IMG/VR virus record: IMGVR_UViG_3300031419_000529
Span: 1-64,000 of that record
Source of the DNA: a virus
DNA length: 64,000 nucleotides
Direction: 5' to 3' (one strand)
Under the pieces are notes generated by a model. The model was not told the DNA's origin, did not search any database, and saw only the letters and a list, made by a program, of their open reading frames with translations. Shown in pieces: positions 39,412 to 48,893 of this stretch; position 1 is the stretch's first letter, and every line of letters begins with the position of its first letter. The position numbers were made by a program, and so were the translations under genes.

Positions 39412-39834
39412 TTAAACTTCGCGGGAAAGGCGGCTCAGGATCTCTTGCTTTGACGGGATCCGGATCTGGTGGGCAAGCATCCACGCTTTGCGCTGCGTCT
39501 GCGTTTTGTGTTCCAACATTTTGCGGATGTCCGGCAGCGGAATACCGGTATCACCGGAGATCGTGTGTTCGTTATGCCCAGCACGGTGGAACTGGTAAAC
39601 GGCCAGCATTACCGTTGATGAATAGCGCTGGCGCATGCCGATGTTCACCGAGTCCAATTTGCGCTTGGCCGGCGGCAGGCCGTTTCCCTGATATATGGGC
39701 TTGGGTTCATGTTGGTATGGCATGCCGCTGCGGATCGCGGCGCGGGCACGCATTCGCCAGATAATCACCGCGATATAGCAGCACTTATCATCCTCGGGCT
39801 TGTAGATTTTGCCGTAGTTCAATTTATCATCCAT
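39412..39834 (-). CDS. Phage hypothetical protein (possible HTH)
   Basis: 140 aa, packed in the operon. Confidence 0.7.
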   Translation of the reverse strand: MDDKLNYGKIYKPEDDKCCYIAVIIWRMRARAAIRSGMPYQHEPKPIYQGNGLPPAKRKLDSVNIGMRQRYSSTVMLAVYQFHRAGHNEHTISGDTGIPLPDIRKMLEHKTQTQRKAWMLAHQIRIPSKQEILSRLSREV

Positions 39835-39835
39835 A

Positions 39836-40990
39836 TCAGGCCGCCTTCTGCTTTTCTTCGGATTCCCACTCTTTCACCGTTTTCATGCAGGCCGCGTGCA
39901 CCTGGCGCGCGGTAGCGATACCGAAGCCTTTAACGGTTTCTGATAGTTCTTCCGGGGTGAGGCTGACGGCGGCATAAAGTGAATTGAGGCCGGAGGTATT
40001 CAGCAGATCCAGCCACTGGGGTTTTAGCTGCGGTAGCGAACTGAGCGGGATACCTTCAGCCCAGTCGGCACGCAGGACAAGGTGAGGGTGGCTGCGCTCG
40101 AGTAGCTCGCTGATACGGTTGCAAATCGCTGAACCAAGTTCTTCCGGCCAAGCCTGCTTGAAAACGTCCAATGTTGGGTAACGCGGCCGGCACCATTCAG
40201 TTACTGAGACGATGACGCCGATCCCGGTGTTGGTTCTGACCTCAATGTGCCAATCGATGTCCTGCAGGATCTGCAGTTGCACATCGCGGTCATCTGAACC
40301 GAACGATAATCGCCAACCGAAGGTATAAAAGTAAAAGTGGATGCCGCTGCTGTCGCTGGCGCGGTACCAGACTGGCGCCACATCACCGTCGATGTTTTGT
40401 AAGCGCGACTGTAATTCCCCAACGGTATCTTCCAGCACGGAATTACTGTGCGCGGCTTGAGCTAGCGATGTTTTTAGATCCGCCGCTTCGCCGCGGGCTT
40501 TACGTATTTCCGCTTTTTGTTGGTCGAGCAATTGCACCTTGAACTTCAAATCTTCTTTCAGCCTGATGATCTGCTTTTGCAGTGCCTGCGGGTTGAGGGA
40601 TTTCAGGGTGTTGTTGTCTTTGACGAGCAGATTATTATCGCTGGTGAGCTGCTTCACCCTGGCGCGCGCTATCTCTGAGTTAGCATTGGCCTCTTTGGCG
40701 ACAACGGTCTGCTCATCCAGTTGATCCTGTAGGCTGGTGATCTGCAATTGTTGCGTGGTTATGTCGGCTTGTAGCGCCTCGTGCCGGTCGAGCAGTTCGT
40801 TAAATTCATCGACATCAACGTTGTGCTGCTCGATACACAGGGACTGTGCTTGGTTTAGCAAAACGCCTGCGCTCTCAACGGAGCGCTGCGCAGTCCCTGT
40901 GGTCTGTTCGGTTGCAAGGTCGAGCTGCGCCCGAACGGGGCGCAGGGCTGATTCCAACACGCTGGCAACGGTTGTTAGTGTGGTACTCAT
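39836..40990 (-). CDS. Coiled-coil protein with C-terminal HhH-like motif
   Basis: Long heptad region; ELSETVKGFGIATA. Confidence 0.8.
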   Translation of the reverse strand: MSTTLTTVASVLESALRPVRAQLDLATEQTTGTAQRSVESAGVLLNQAQSLCIEQHNVDVDEFNELLDRHEALQADITTQQLQITSLQDQLDEQTVVAKEANANSEIARARVKQLTSDNNLLVKDNNTLKSLNPQALQKQIIRLKEDLKFKVQLLDQQKAEIRKARGEAADLKTSLAQAAHSNSVLEDTVGELQSRLQNIDGDVAPVWYRASDSSGIHFYFYTFGWRLSFGSDDRDVQLQILQDIDWHIEVRTNTGIGVIVSVTEWCRPRYPTLDVFKQAWPEELGSAICNRISELLERSHPHLVLRADWAEGIPLSSLPQLKPQWLDLLNTSGLNSLYAAVSLTPEELSETVKGFGIATARQVHAACMKTVKEWESEEKQKAA

Positions 40991-41030
40991 GGATGTTCCT
41001 TATGCGGGTCTGCTGGCGCAGGGTGCTCGA

Positions 41031-42629
41031 TTAAACGTTGGCAGAGATGTGGCGAATGCGACCGGCGATGATTGCAGGAATAAGCTGGTTCAACGCTGCC
41101 GCGCTGATCTTGATGCCTTCGGCGGCCAGATCGGCTTTAACATCATTGATGATCTCCGTGATGCCCATACCTGCTGGCTTTAATTCTTCAGTGGCCACCG
41201 CCGGAGCGCCGCCCAAAGTTTCGGGATACTTGAACGCTGCAGCCGAGTGAAGCGGGGCATTAGCAACAGGCTCAGGATCTTCAATTGGTGCAGCCTTTGC
41301 CGGCAGTAATGCGGCGGCTGCCTGTCGTTCCCGCTCAATACGTTCGTCATCAAGTTTCTTCTGGTTGCTGATCCGCTGTTCAATCAGCAGCTTCAGATGC
41401 TCGCTGTCGTTCCCAATGAGTTGGTTGATATCGGCAAATAACGGTTTAAACGCCGGTTCAATCACGTCGAACAGTTTCAGATTCGCCTGGTACTTATCGC
41501 AGATCTGGTTGGCTTCGATTTTTGCGCGTGCCAATTCGTCGTTTGCGGCCCCCTGTAGTGATGTCAGGGTTTTCTTTCCCTTGATGGCGCTGACAAAGTC
41601 CGCAGGGATAATCGGCAGGTGGACGGCACCGAGCTGGACATTTAAAGCACTAATATGTTCATTCAGCGCTGTCTTGGCCTTGCTGATGATTTCAGCGCGG
41701 AGCTCATCTTTACGTGACTTCACCAGCTTTGTGAGTTCCAAGCGTTTGGCGCGCATCGCTTCGCGCAAGGTGTCGATTGTGCGGAATAGCTCATCAATCT
41801 CAACTGTCTGCGACAACGCCTGCTGTTTGATGAGGTCGAGTTCGGACTCAGCCTTGTCGCAGAACTTCACTGTTTCCTCCGCGTCGGCGAAGTCCTGATC
41901 TGTCACGAGGCTAGTATTGATAGATTCAATGAAGGCCAGAGCTTTCCCTTGGTAAACGGTGAGGTTTGACTGTTTTACTGCGCCTTCAATCTCCACCATC
42001 AGTGCTGGCAGTCGCATGATCGATTTGCCCTGCGGTGGTTCTTTCAGCGTACCAGGCTCGTAACCGTCCAGATCCTGCTTGAACTGCTGCCAGCCGGCTA
42101 TCAGTGCATCCGCGCGCCCCGGCACTGGGGTGTACTCCATGGAAGCAAAGTTTTCCTCGGTACCGTCGGAACAAACGAAAATTACGCGCTCCGCACCGCT
42201 TACCAGCAACTGCTGCTCCAATTGCCAGTAATATTCTGGTGGTAACTCCTGCTGCCGCACGGATTCCGCCAGGCCGGTATTCCACATTTTATGTTCGAAC
42301 AGCGTGTCTTCCATCATGGTCATGCCGTCGAAGGAGGCCAACAAACACCCCATGTCATCAATAGCTGTTGCCGGATAAAGTTCGTCGCCGATCATGCTCT
42401 CGACGATGACACGCGCGGTTGCCTCTTGCTGGTGGCCTTTATCGAAAAGGTTGGTTTGCACCCAGTCGCTGATCTCCCGTTCGGTACCGGTGGCTTTCAT
42501 GCTCAGCAGTTCGTCGCGGCGCATTTTGCTGGACGCGGCCATCATTACTGGTGCTTCGCTGGCGGTGAAGTGTTTGGCACGCAGCGCGTGCCATTCAGCA
42601 GAACCCTGCTGTACGTTAATGATTTGCAT
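41031..42629 (-). CDS. YqaJ/lambda-exonuclease-family nuclease with long helical extension
   Basis: QGSAEWHALR, TASE, ASFDG, EHK, YYWQLEQQL. Confidence 0.92.
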   Translation of the reverse strand: MQIINVQQGSAEWHALRAKHFTASEAPVMMAASSKMRRDELLSMKATGTEREISDWVQTNLFDKGHQQEATARVIVESMIGDELYPATAIDDMGCLLASFDGMTMMEDTLFEHKMWNTGLAESVRQQELPPEYYWQLEQQLLVSGAERVIFVCSDGTEENFASMEYTPVPGRADALIAGWQQFKQDLDGYEPGTLKEPPQGKSIMRLPALMVEIEGAVKQSNLTVYQGKALAFIESINTSLVTDQDFADAEETVKFCDKAESELDLIKQQALSQTVEIDELFRTIDTLREAMRAKRLELTKLVKSRKDELRAEIISKAKTALNEHISALNVQLGAVHLPIIPADFVSAIKGKKTLTSLQGAANDELARAKIEANQICDKYQANLKLFDVIEPAFKPLFADINQLIGNDSEHLKLLIEQRISNQKKLDDERIERERQAAAALLPAKAAPIEDPEPVANAPLHSAAAFKYPETLGGAPAVATEELKPAGMGITEIINDVKADLAAEGIKISAAALNQLIPAIIAGRIRHISANV

Positions 42630-43455
42630 CGATAGGCTCCAATTTACGGATAGCTTCGGTTTGAGCTTCTGAAAGGATGAATTTGGTGCTGACGGTCGCG
42701 ATCACGGCATCGGCTTTTTTACTGCCGGATTCGATCATCCTTTGCCAGCCAGGGAGGTTTTGATTGAATTTGTCAGCTGGGTAATGTGGCAACGTCAACG
42801 GCGTTTGGGTTTCTTTGTGGGGCGTCACATCCTTGGCGTCGCTGATATCCAAGGATTTACCTTCCATTTCTTCAGCCGTAGGCTGCTGGCCGATTTCGGG
42901 CCATGCTTTGCGTAGTGCCTGCGCTTCGGCGCATTTCGCTAGCTGGCCATAAGGGCGTTTCTTCCACATAGCGTTCGGCGCGGAGCTATCACGGCCAGCA
43001 GTCGCGTAATTCTCCATCCAGTATTCTTTGGCGCTGAATTCGACGATCTTGCCGTCGGGCATACTCTTGCAAACGGTGTACTTGCACCAGGCGGGAAAGG
43101 TGATTTCAACGCCATTTAGCGTTTTTGTAATGTCGTCACCAAATTCAGGCTCATTTGCACCCGCATAGCTCCCTGAGCGATCGGCCTGAATGCGATAAAG
43201 GCCGATGCCGGGCATCACTACGTCGCGCCATTCGTTTTTGCCTGATTGGGCATCTTTAACGCTCATCGGTACCAAGTGAACCGGCTTCATCAGCGGATCC
43301 AACTGACGAGCGATGCAATAGCTGACAGCCATGACAACAGAGTCATCCCGCGCGCCGGGATAAATGGAGTTTTTCAGCGCGTTCCAGGTAGGCTCATCGA
43401 TCCCCATGGCCGCGACAGATTGTGGCAAAGTGCCTGTTGTTACCATGTTGCTCAT
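42616..43455 (-). CDS. bet: Single-strand annealing recombinase Bet
   Basis: LDPLMKPVHLVP, GIGLYRIQA, WKKRPYGQLAKCAEAQALRKAWP. Confidence 0.92.
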   Translation of the reverse strand: MSNMVTTGTLPQSVAAMGIDEPTWNALKNSIYPGARDDSVVMAVSYCIARQLDPLMKPVHLVPMSVKDAQSGKNEWRDVVMPGIGLYRIQADRSGSYAGANEPEFGDDITKTLNGVEITFPAWCKYTVCKSMPDGKIVEFSAKEYWMENYATAGRDSSAPNAMWKKRPYGQLAKCAEAQALRKAWPEIGQQPTAEEMEGKSLDISDAKDVTPHKETQTPLTLPHYPADKFNQNLPGWQRMIESGSKKADAVIATVSTKFILSEAQTEAIRKLEPIDANH

Positions 43456-43610
43456 TGGTCAGCCCTCACGGAGTTACGGATAGATAAGCGGAAAACGCTG
43501 AGAACGACGGCGCAGGCTTTCAACGGATGGCGGCGGTGCTTGAATTGGTGAATATTGTGGCTGCCGATCCGGTGTTGGTACTGGATCTGTTGGATAGGGT
43601 TATGGCTCAT
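43452..43610 (-). CDS. 52-aa hypothetical protein MSHNPIQQIQYQHRIG... (not in ORF track)
   Basis: RBS GGAG; stop overlaps the bet ATG (ATGA). Confidence 0.55.
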   Translation of the reverse strand: MSHNPIQQIQYQHRIGSHNIHQFKHRRHPLKACAVVLSVFRLSIRNSVRADQ

Positions 43611-43671
43611 GGTATTCTCCGTGTTGATCGGGGGTGGTTCCCCGGTCAGCTAGCTGGTGGCCTTTGGTCAT
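43600..43671 (-). CDS. 23-aa mini-ORF MTKGHQLADRGTTPDQHGEYHEP
   Basis: Preceded by TAAGGACTGGCCA (variant of the shared RBS motif); overlaps the next start. Confidence 0.45.
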   Translation of the reverse strand: MTKGHQLADRGTTPDQHGEYHEP

Positions 43672-43750
43672 TGGCCAGTCCTTATGATTTGCGGTTTGGT
43701 CGCCGCATTTCGGGATAGCCCCGCTTGCGGGGCTTTTCTCGTTTATGGGG

Positions 43751-44083
43751 TTAGTGAATTTCGTGCAGTTCCGGATCATGTGCTGCTTCCAGCTCCATCG
43801 CTCGTTCGGCTTTTGCGATCCGTGTAAGGATTTCGGTTTGCACCGAGTAAAGGTATTCCTCCATATCAGGCGACTCGGTCAGTGCGACAAGAGGGCGCTT
43901 GTCTAACCCCGCGATGTGGCAGCGTTCCGCAATCAGCTTTTGAAACACTGATACCCGCAGGCTTTTCCGCATCCCTTCAATACGCGCATCGAGCAGCGTT
44001 TTTTCATCAGGATCCGCCGCTAGCGTGCGGTCATACTGCTCTAGCGTCTCCTCAACCATCCGCTGATAGTTATAGTCATGCAT
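43751..44083 (-). CDS. Phage hypothetical protein
   Basis: 110 aa; hairpin terminator at 43717-43737. Confidence 0.75.
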   Translation of the reverse strand: MHDYNYQRMVEETLEQYDRTLAADPDEKTLLDARIEGMRKSLRVSVFQKLIAERCHIAGLDKRPLVALTESPDMEEYLYSVQTEILTRIAKAERAMELEAAHDPELHEIH

Positions 44084-44216
44084 TTATTTACCTAACTTAT
44101 AATGTTAATTGATATAAATTTAAGTGATACTATTTGCATTAAGGATTTGTTTTCTAGGTGAAAAAACAAATAATGGATGTATAATAAAGAAATTAATATT
44201 TTAAAGTGATGAAATA

Positions 44217-45596
44217 ATGGACGAGTTAAATATATTAAATAATCTTAATAAATTGCGCAGACTTATTTCTGATATAGAGTCTTCAAATGTAGGTAGTAAG
44301 AATGACTTGCACTTCGAGGCTAGAGAAAATGTAAAGCAATTGTTAGAGGGGAATGTTTTTATTATTCGTGGAGCTTTATCCTCTCTCGAATCTAGTAATA
44401 AAAGAGTTCTCAAGAATTCTGAGATTGAAGATGTCAAACACACTTTATCGTTTGTGAGTAAAATTTGCTCAGATATTAACGATTTAAATGCAAAAAGTCC
44501 TTTGTACATAGCCGCTGTAAGAAATAACTTAACTAAAATGGATGAGTTATTAGAGCAAATAAAGCCTATTGTTAGGTTTTTTGTTACAACAGGCAGTGGG
44601 CTAAATGATAGTAGTGCAATGGTCGAGCGAGTTAAAAATACACTAAAAGATGCATCAATTCTCCATCATACAATGACGGTAAAACTAGCAAAATTAGATG
44701 AGAAAATAGATTCAGCCTCTAAAATAATTGGTGCTTCTTCGGCTAAGTTTGAAAAAATATCAAAAAACTTAGATAACCTTGAAGAATCTAATAGCAAATA
44801 TCAAAAAACAATCTCATTATTGGATTTAGAGTCTGATTTGATTTCTGAAAGGAAAAGTGAGTTAACTGCAGCATATGAACTTCTTTCTAGTGTAAAAAAA
44901 ACATATAGTGAAAATAACGAAACTTTAAAAACTATAGGTGACAACCTATCAAGTTTAGAGAGTAGTGTTAGTGACATAGAGTCTAGGGCGACAAATGCTA
45001 AAAACGATCTTGATAGTAAAACAAGTGAAATTGACTCTATAATTGCACAGGCAGCAGCTGCTTTAGAAACGACAACTACTGTATCGGTTGGGACTTTCTT
45101 CAAAGAGCAGTATGACATTTCTAAAAACCGCATGTTTATTTGGCCATCTTTTGCACTTGCATTCTTAATTGGGGCAATATGGATTTGCTATGATACCTTA
45201 AGCGATATTCGTCATGGGGTTGTTGATGGTGGAGCTGAACTGCCTTATATAATTGCAAGGTTTTGTATTGCGCCATTATTCTTATTAGGTGTTTGGTTCT
45301 GTACTAATCAGTATATTAAACAAAAAAATATAACTGAAGATTACGCATATAAGAAAGTTTTATCTTTATCATTAATTGGCTTCAAGTCCGAGATACAGAA
45401 AACTGGCGAGGCCAATACGACAGGATTTATAAAATCACTACTAAAAGAAATCCTTCGCTCTCCTTTGGAAACTTTAGATAAAAAGCATTACAAGAGAGAG
45501 ACAAAACTATTAAAATTAGCGCATGATGAGATGATTTCCAATATGTTTAAAAAAGTGTCTCCGCAAAAGACCGAAGTTGACGAAGAAAAAAAGTAA
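44217..45596 (+). CDS. AT-rich coiled-coil protein with two C-terminal TM helices (moron, candidate defence)
   Basis: ~300-aa heptad region, two TMs, EDYAYKK tail; antisense to the pL operon; bidirectional terminator at 45616-45646. Confidence 0.85.
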   Translation: MDELNILNNLNKLRRLISDIESSNVGSKNDLHFEARENVKQLLEGNVFIIRGALSSLESSNKRVLKNSEIEDVKHTLSFVSKICSDINDLNAKSPLYIAAVRNNLTKMDELLEQIKPIVRFFVTTGSGLNDSSAMVERVKNTLKDASILHHTMTVKLAKLDEKIDSASKIIGASSAKFEKISKNLDNLEESNSKYQKTISLLDLESDLISERKSELTAAYELLSSVKKTYSENNETLKTIGDNLSSLESSVSDIESRATNAKNDLDSKTSEIDSIIAQAAAALETTTTVSVGTFFKEQYDISKNRMFIWPSFALAFLIGAIWICYDTLSDIRHGVVDGGAELPYIIARFCIAPLFLLGVWFCTNQYIKQKNITEDYAYKKVLSLSLIGFKSEIQKTGEANTTGFIKSLLKEILRSPLETLDKKHYKRETKLLKLAHDEMISNMFKKVSPQKTEVDEEKK

Positions 45597-45658
45597 CTTA
45601 ATACTTTTTATCATAAAAAAAGCCACAGCATTGAGCTGTGGCTTTTCTATTAGTGTAA

Positions 45659-45922
45659 TCAAAAGACCCCATGGGGTACGCGGCTGCAACCGCGCATTTT
45701 CTGGCGGCCGGCGGCGCTGATTTGCCCTGGTGCAAGAAGTTCGCTCTCAACCGTGCGGCGTTTGCGTGGCTTCGGTGGTGCTGGCATATCCGGCATCGTT
45801 TTACAGCGGGTGATCACCAACGTTGTTTTTTCGATACGGTCGCTGCTGCGTTGGATACGCTCTTGAAGTTCACGAGCGCGGCGGAGTGTTGCTGATTTTG
45901 CTTTTGCTGTAATCATGGTCAT
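45659..45922 (-). CDS. N-like antitermination protein (Arg-rich)
   Basis: SATLRRARELQERI Arg-rich motif; early position in the pL operon; boxA upstream. Confidence 0.55.
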   Translation of the reverse strand: MTMITAKAKSATLRRARELQERIQRSSDRIEKTTLVITRCKTMPDMPAPPKPRKRRTVESELLAPGQISAAGRQKMRGCSRVPHGVF

Positions 45923-46060
45923 TGGTCAGTCCTCGGGTGGTACTTTGTGTCGTGAGCATTTTGGTTATTAATGCTTTTTGAATGATTAGGTTACCTGCTT
46001 TTTTCCACATCAGGCGAGGTGGTATCTTGGTGTTTCCACACAACCAAGAAGGCAAAACAG

Positions 46061-46339
46061 ATGGCATCTTTTACTGTTCGTGTTGAACTGAAGAATTCTG
46101 ATTGGGATACGTACAATAAACTCCATGAAAAAATGAGGTTGTCCGGCTACTCGCGCCAGATTAGGGCGGACACAGGAGTTATCTATCAGTTGCCTGATGC
46201 GGAGTATGTGGCAGAAAAAACACTTACGGTTGTGCAAGTTCACGGGGAGGTAAAAGCTATAGCGTCATCTCTCAATAGCGATCCTCATGTGTTTGTCACG
46301 GAAGCTGTTCGTTGGTACTGGAACTTAGATCGAGCCTGA
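46061..46339 (+). CDS. GhoS/DUF2622-like (Cas2-fold) putative endoribonuclease
   Basis: FTVRVEL...YNKLHEKM..GYSRQI...YQLPDAEY. Confidence 0.75.
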   Translation: MASFTVRVELKNSDWDTYNKLHEKMRLSGYSRQIRADTGVIYQLPDAEYVAEKTLTVVQVHGEVKAIASSLNSDPHVFVTEAVRWYWNLDRA

Positions 46340-46528
46340 TGCACCGTTGGTTTCGTTTACAGCGTTATCGTTAGGAAGTTCGACTATGCAAAGCATCAAA
46401 CCATCTTGATTCATCCGCTTATTCAACTGTTGGAAAACGAAGTTAGGGTTATTTTCCAACAGTTGTCTTAACTGCCGTTTATCTTCTTCCGTAGGTTTTT
46501 GGCGAGCAGTCTTCTCTGATTCATTCAT
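46325..46528 (-). CDS. Hypothetical protein, first gene of the pL operon
   Basis: RBS GAGGA, 67 aa. Confidence 0.6.
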   Translation of the reverse strand: MNESEKTARQKPTEEDKRQLRQLLENNPNFVFQQLNKRMNQDGLMLCIVELPNDNAVNETNGASGSI

Positions 46529-46679
46529 AGCAGTTCCTCGTTTAGTGGTCTTAGTCCTGCCGCCCCGAAATGGCAGCGGCAGGGTAAAAACACTACAGGC
46601 TTAGCGATCAGTGGACATCATCCGACTGAGTTGCGCCGCGACGGGTGCTGGGTACCCTGTGTTGCTGTCGCTACCTGTT

Positions 46680-46690
46680 TGTTAAAGAGC
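46680..46690 (-). promoter_or_regulatory. boxA of a nutL-like site
   Basis: GCTCTTTAACA on the - strand just downstream of pL. Confidence 0.75.
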
Positions 46691-46711
46691 AATCCCGGTT
46701 GGGATGGCTTT

Positions 46712-46765
46712 AATGTAAGTTTTTCTACAATGAGCGGTCAAGTGATTTTTGTAAGTTTTTCTACT
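46712..46765 (-). promoter_or_regulatory. pL promoter with OL operators
   Basis: TTGACC-N18-TACATT; TGTAAGTTTTTCTAC repeated at 46714 and 46750. Confidence 0.75.
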
Positions 46766-46798
46766 TTTCAGGGCGTGTGAGATCTGAAGGTGGGATGA

Positions 46799-47116
46799 TT
46801 AGTTGTGGGAGAACAAGAGATAGGCCACGCTACTAAAACCAATTGCTGTTACAAAATAGTGAGATTTGTCAATAACAAAGCTCTTTGTGGAGGGACTGAG
46901 TTTTATGAAAGTGGACAAAAATGGGAAGAGTACGAGAGTAATTACAGCACCTACAAATATTGACCATGCAAACATGAAGCCGCCAGTTACAAGATCATGA
47001 AAAATCCCCTTATTTTCTTCCGAGGCAATAATACAGAGTATTACATAGTAGGTAATGTAAATATATTTAATTTTATTAGTGTTTTTTATATTATTTATCT
47101 TAGAGTTCATCTTCAC
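46799..47116 (-). CDS. Three-TM membrane protein downstream of cI
   Basis: Hydrophobic segments; overlaps the upstream gene. Confidence 0.7.
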   Translation of the reverse strand: MKMNSKINNIKNTNKIKYIYITYYVILCIIASEENKGIFHDLVTGGFMFAWSIFVGAVITLVLFPFLSTFIKLSPSTKSFVIDKSHYFVTAIGFSSVAYLLFSHN

Positions 47117-47495
47117 AAAGCGCCTTGAGCAAGTTAGGAGTCACACTGTTATTAATTCTTTTATTAGCAGATAAATAACCTATTATTTGACCTTGCTTAA
47201 TAATCATGGGAGGGTTACTGGAATAAGCATTGAAAGGTGAATATTGGCTGTATTCACTTCCAAAGGTGCCGTATTCATTCCAAATGGAGCTTGAGCTATA
47301 TTGACTTCCATATGTGCCATATTCATTAAAAATAGAGTCGGAATCGTAGCTATTTGTCACATTACCCAGTTTGGTGTTTTGAGGGTCCTGCGCGATCAGT
47401 ACTGCACCGCTTACAACATTGCATAGCTGATTTGCACCGAGTGATGGGAGCGCAAGAGAAAATAAGGCGACCCCAAGGAAATTTCTTACCATCAC
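47100..47495 (-). CDS. Exported protein with NxYGxxGSxYS repeats, downstream of cI
   Basis: Signal peptide; SIFNEYGTYGSQYS / SIWNEYGTFGSEYS. Confidence 0.8.
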   Translation of the reverse strand: MMVRNFLGVALFSLALPSLGANQLCNVVSGAVLIAQDPQNTKLGNVTNSYDSDSIFNEYGTYGSQYSSSSIWNEYGTFGSEYSQYSPFNAYSSNPPMIIKQGQIIGYLSANKRINNSVTPNLLKALCEDEL

Positions 47496-47500
47496 AAATC

Positions 47501-48175
47501 CTATATTGGTTTTATATGACAGATTACAGTTCCAATTATACGACAGTTACTATCAAATTTAACAAACCTCATTTCTTGAGGGTAGTCAGGGTTTGTTGCC
47601 TTTAGATACCCAATGTTGTCTATTAATTGAAATTGCTTAAGTCCAACATTATTAGATGTATTAAATGCTGATATAATATACTGCCCGTTCATTGGAGTGC
47701 GAAGTGCTTCATCAACAAAGACTGTGTCGCCCATCTCAAATCGCGGAAGCATGGAATCATCATTAATCTCTATCGAAAAAGTATTGTTGCTGCAAGGGAC
47801 TGGGCAAGGAATATGTTTATCACTTCCTGAGGAAGAAACGGTAGCGCTTTTCGAGTTAACAATAGTTTGCCAAGTTACATAGGGGACAAGTCGAAGGTCT
47901 ACCTTGTCACTGAGGGGGGAAGAGCTAATGGCCTTTTCCTCGATAGAACCAACATTGTTTACCAACCACTCCGCAGAGCACTTGAGCACTTGAATTACTG
48001 CCAATAGCACTTTGTCCTTCATGCTTTCTTGGCTGCCATTTTCGATGTTGCTGATCGTTACGCGCGTGAGTTTCCGCTCGCCTTGCAGCAAGCGATTTAT
48101 CTCTTTTACGGCCTCCTCTTGAGTCAGACCAAGCTGCTCACGGCGCCATCTAAAACGTTCACCGAGTGTTTTCAT
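47501..48175 (-). CDS. cI: CI-like repressor (HTH + S24 domain)
   Basis: N-terminal XRE HTH; DSM and LKQ catalytic motifs; divergent from cro. Confidence 0.9.
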   Translation of the reverse strand: MKTLGERFRWRREQLGLTQEEAVKEINRLLQGERKLTRVTISNIENGSQESMKDKVLLAVIQVLKCSAEWLVNNVGSIEEKAISSSPLSDKVDLRLVPYVTWQTIVNSKSATVSSSGSDKHIPCPVPCSNNTFSIEINDDSMLPRFEMGDTVFVDEALRTPMNGQYIISAFNTSNNVGLKQFQLIDNIGYLKATNPDYPQEMRFVKFDSNCRIIGTVICHIKPI

Positions 48176-48223
48176 ACGTATACGATACGGAAAACTAACG
48201 TAGGTTTCATGACGTCAATTTTC

Positions 48224-48252
48224 TTGCTATAAAATGTAGAATAACTTACATT
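48224..48252 (+). promoter_or_regulatory. pR promoter with OR operator
   Basis: TTGCTA-N17-TACATT; TGTAGAATAACTTACA (48235-48250) matches the OL repeats in inverted orientation. Confidence 0.75.
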
Positions 48253-48270
48253 TCGAGATTGGAGGTGCCT

Positions 48271-48510
48271 ATGACTACGACAGGCAAGACGCTGTATCAG
48301 ATCCTGAAAGAAAAGTACGGGAATGACAATGGCATCGCGAAGGCGTTCAGTGTTGAACGACCAACTGTTTTTACCTGGCGGAAAACCACGCCAGAAAAAA
48401 TCGCTTTGCTTTGCCATATTTCCCCCGAAATCCCATACACCTACAACCCAGCGGACTACGGCCGCAACCCTGAGAATTTAAGCCTGGTTCTGACCAAACC
48501 AGCCTGTTAG
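48271..48510 (+). CDS. cro: Cro-like protein
   Basis: GIAKAFSVERPTVFTW HTH; RBS GGAGG before ATG 48271. Confidence 0.75.
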   Translation: MTTTGKTLYQILKEKYGNDNGIAKAFSVERPTVFTWRKTTPEKIALLCHISPEIPYTYNPADYGRNPENLSLVLTKPAC

Positions 48511-48530
48511 CAACGCATAAGGACTGACCA

Positions 48531-48893
48531 ATGACCACAATTTACCAGCCAGGCAATGGAACGGCAGGGGCCGCGATAGCCTCCGGCGTTCGCCGTGAGC
48601 TGCTGTCACGCAAGAAGGTAGGCAAAAACGGCCTACCATTCGCTGCTGTACGCGAAGACCAGATCAAAACGCGATGGACTGAGAGCGAGGCAGTGACGAT
48701 CAAAAGTGCTGCCGATGCCATGGCGTCCAACCCCGCAGTTGAAACCAACGTCGCCGCGATCCGGGGCTTTCTGGCTATGTTCGCTGAAGCCCCTGAGATG
48801 TTGGTTCACGTCCACAACGAACTGAAGGCCGCCGGCCTGTCTGTTCCTGAATGGCTGCCACCACTTCCATCAACAAAGGAGCTGCCACTATGA
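48531..48893 (+). CDS. Regulatory protein in the CII position
   Basis: Position after cro; carries the shared RBS motif. Confidence 0.65.
   Translation: MTTIYQPGNGTAGAAIASGVRRELLSRKKVGKNGLPFAAVREDQIKTRWTESEAVTIKSAADAMASNPAVETNVAAIRGFLAMFAEAPEMLVHVHNELKAAGLSVPEWLPPLPSTKELPL

Noticed and set aside
46546-46558. Seventh copy of the RBS motif (AGGACTAAGACCA on the - strand)
   Set aside because: Needs an insertion and a mismatch and does not overlap a start codon; not counted, though partial pairing is possible
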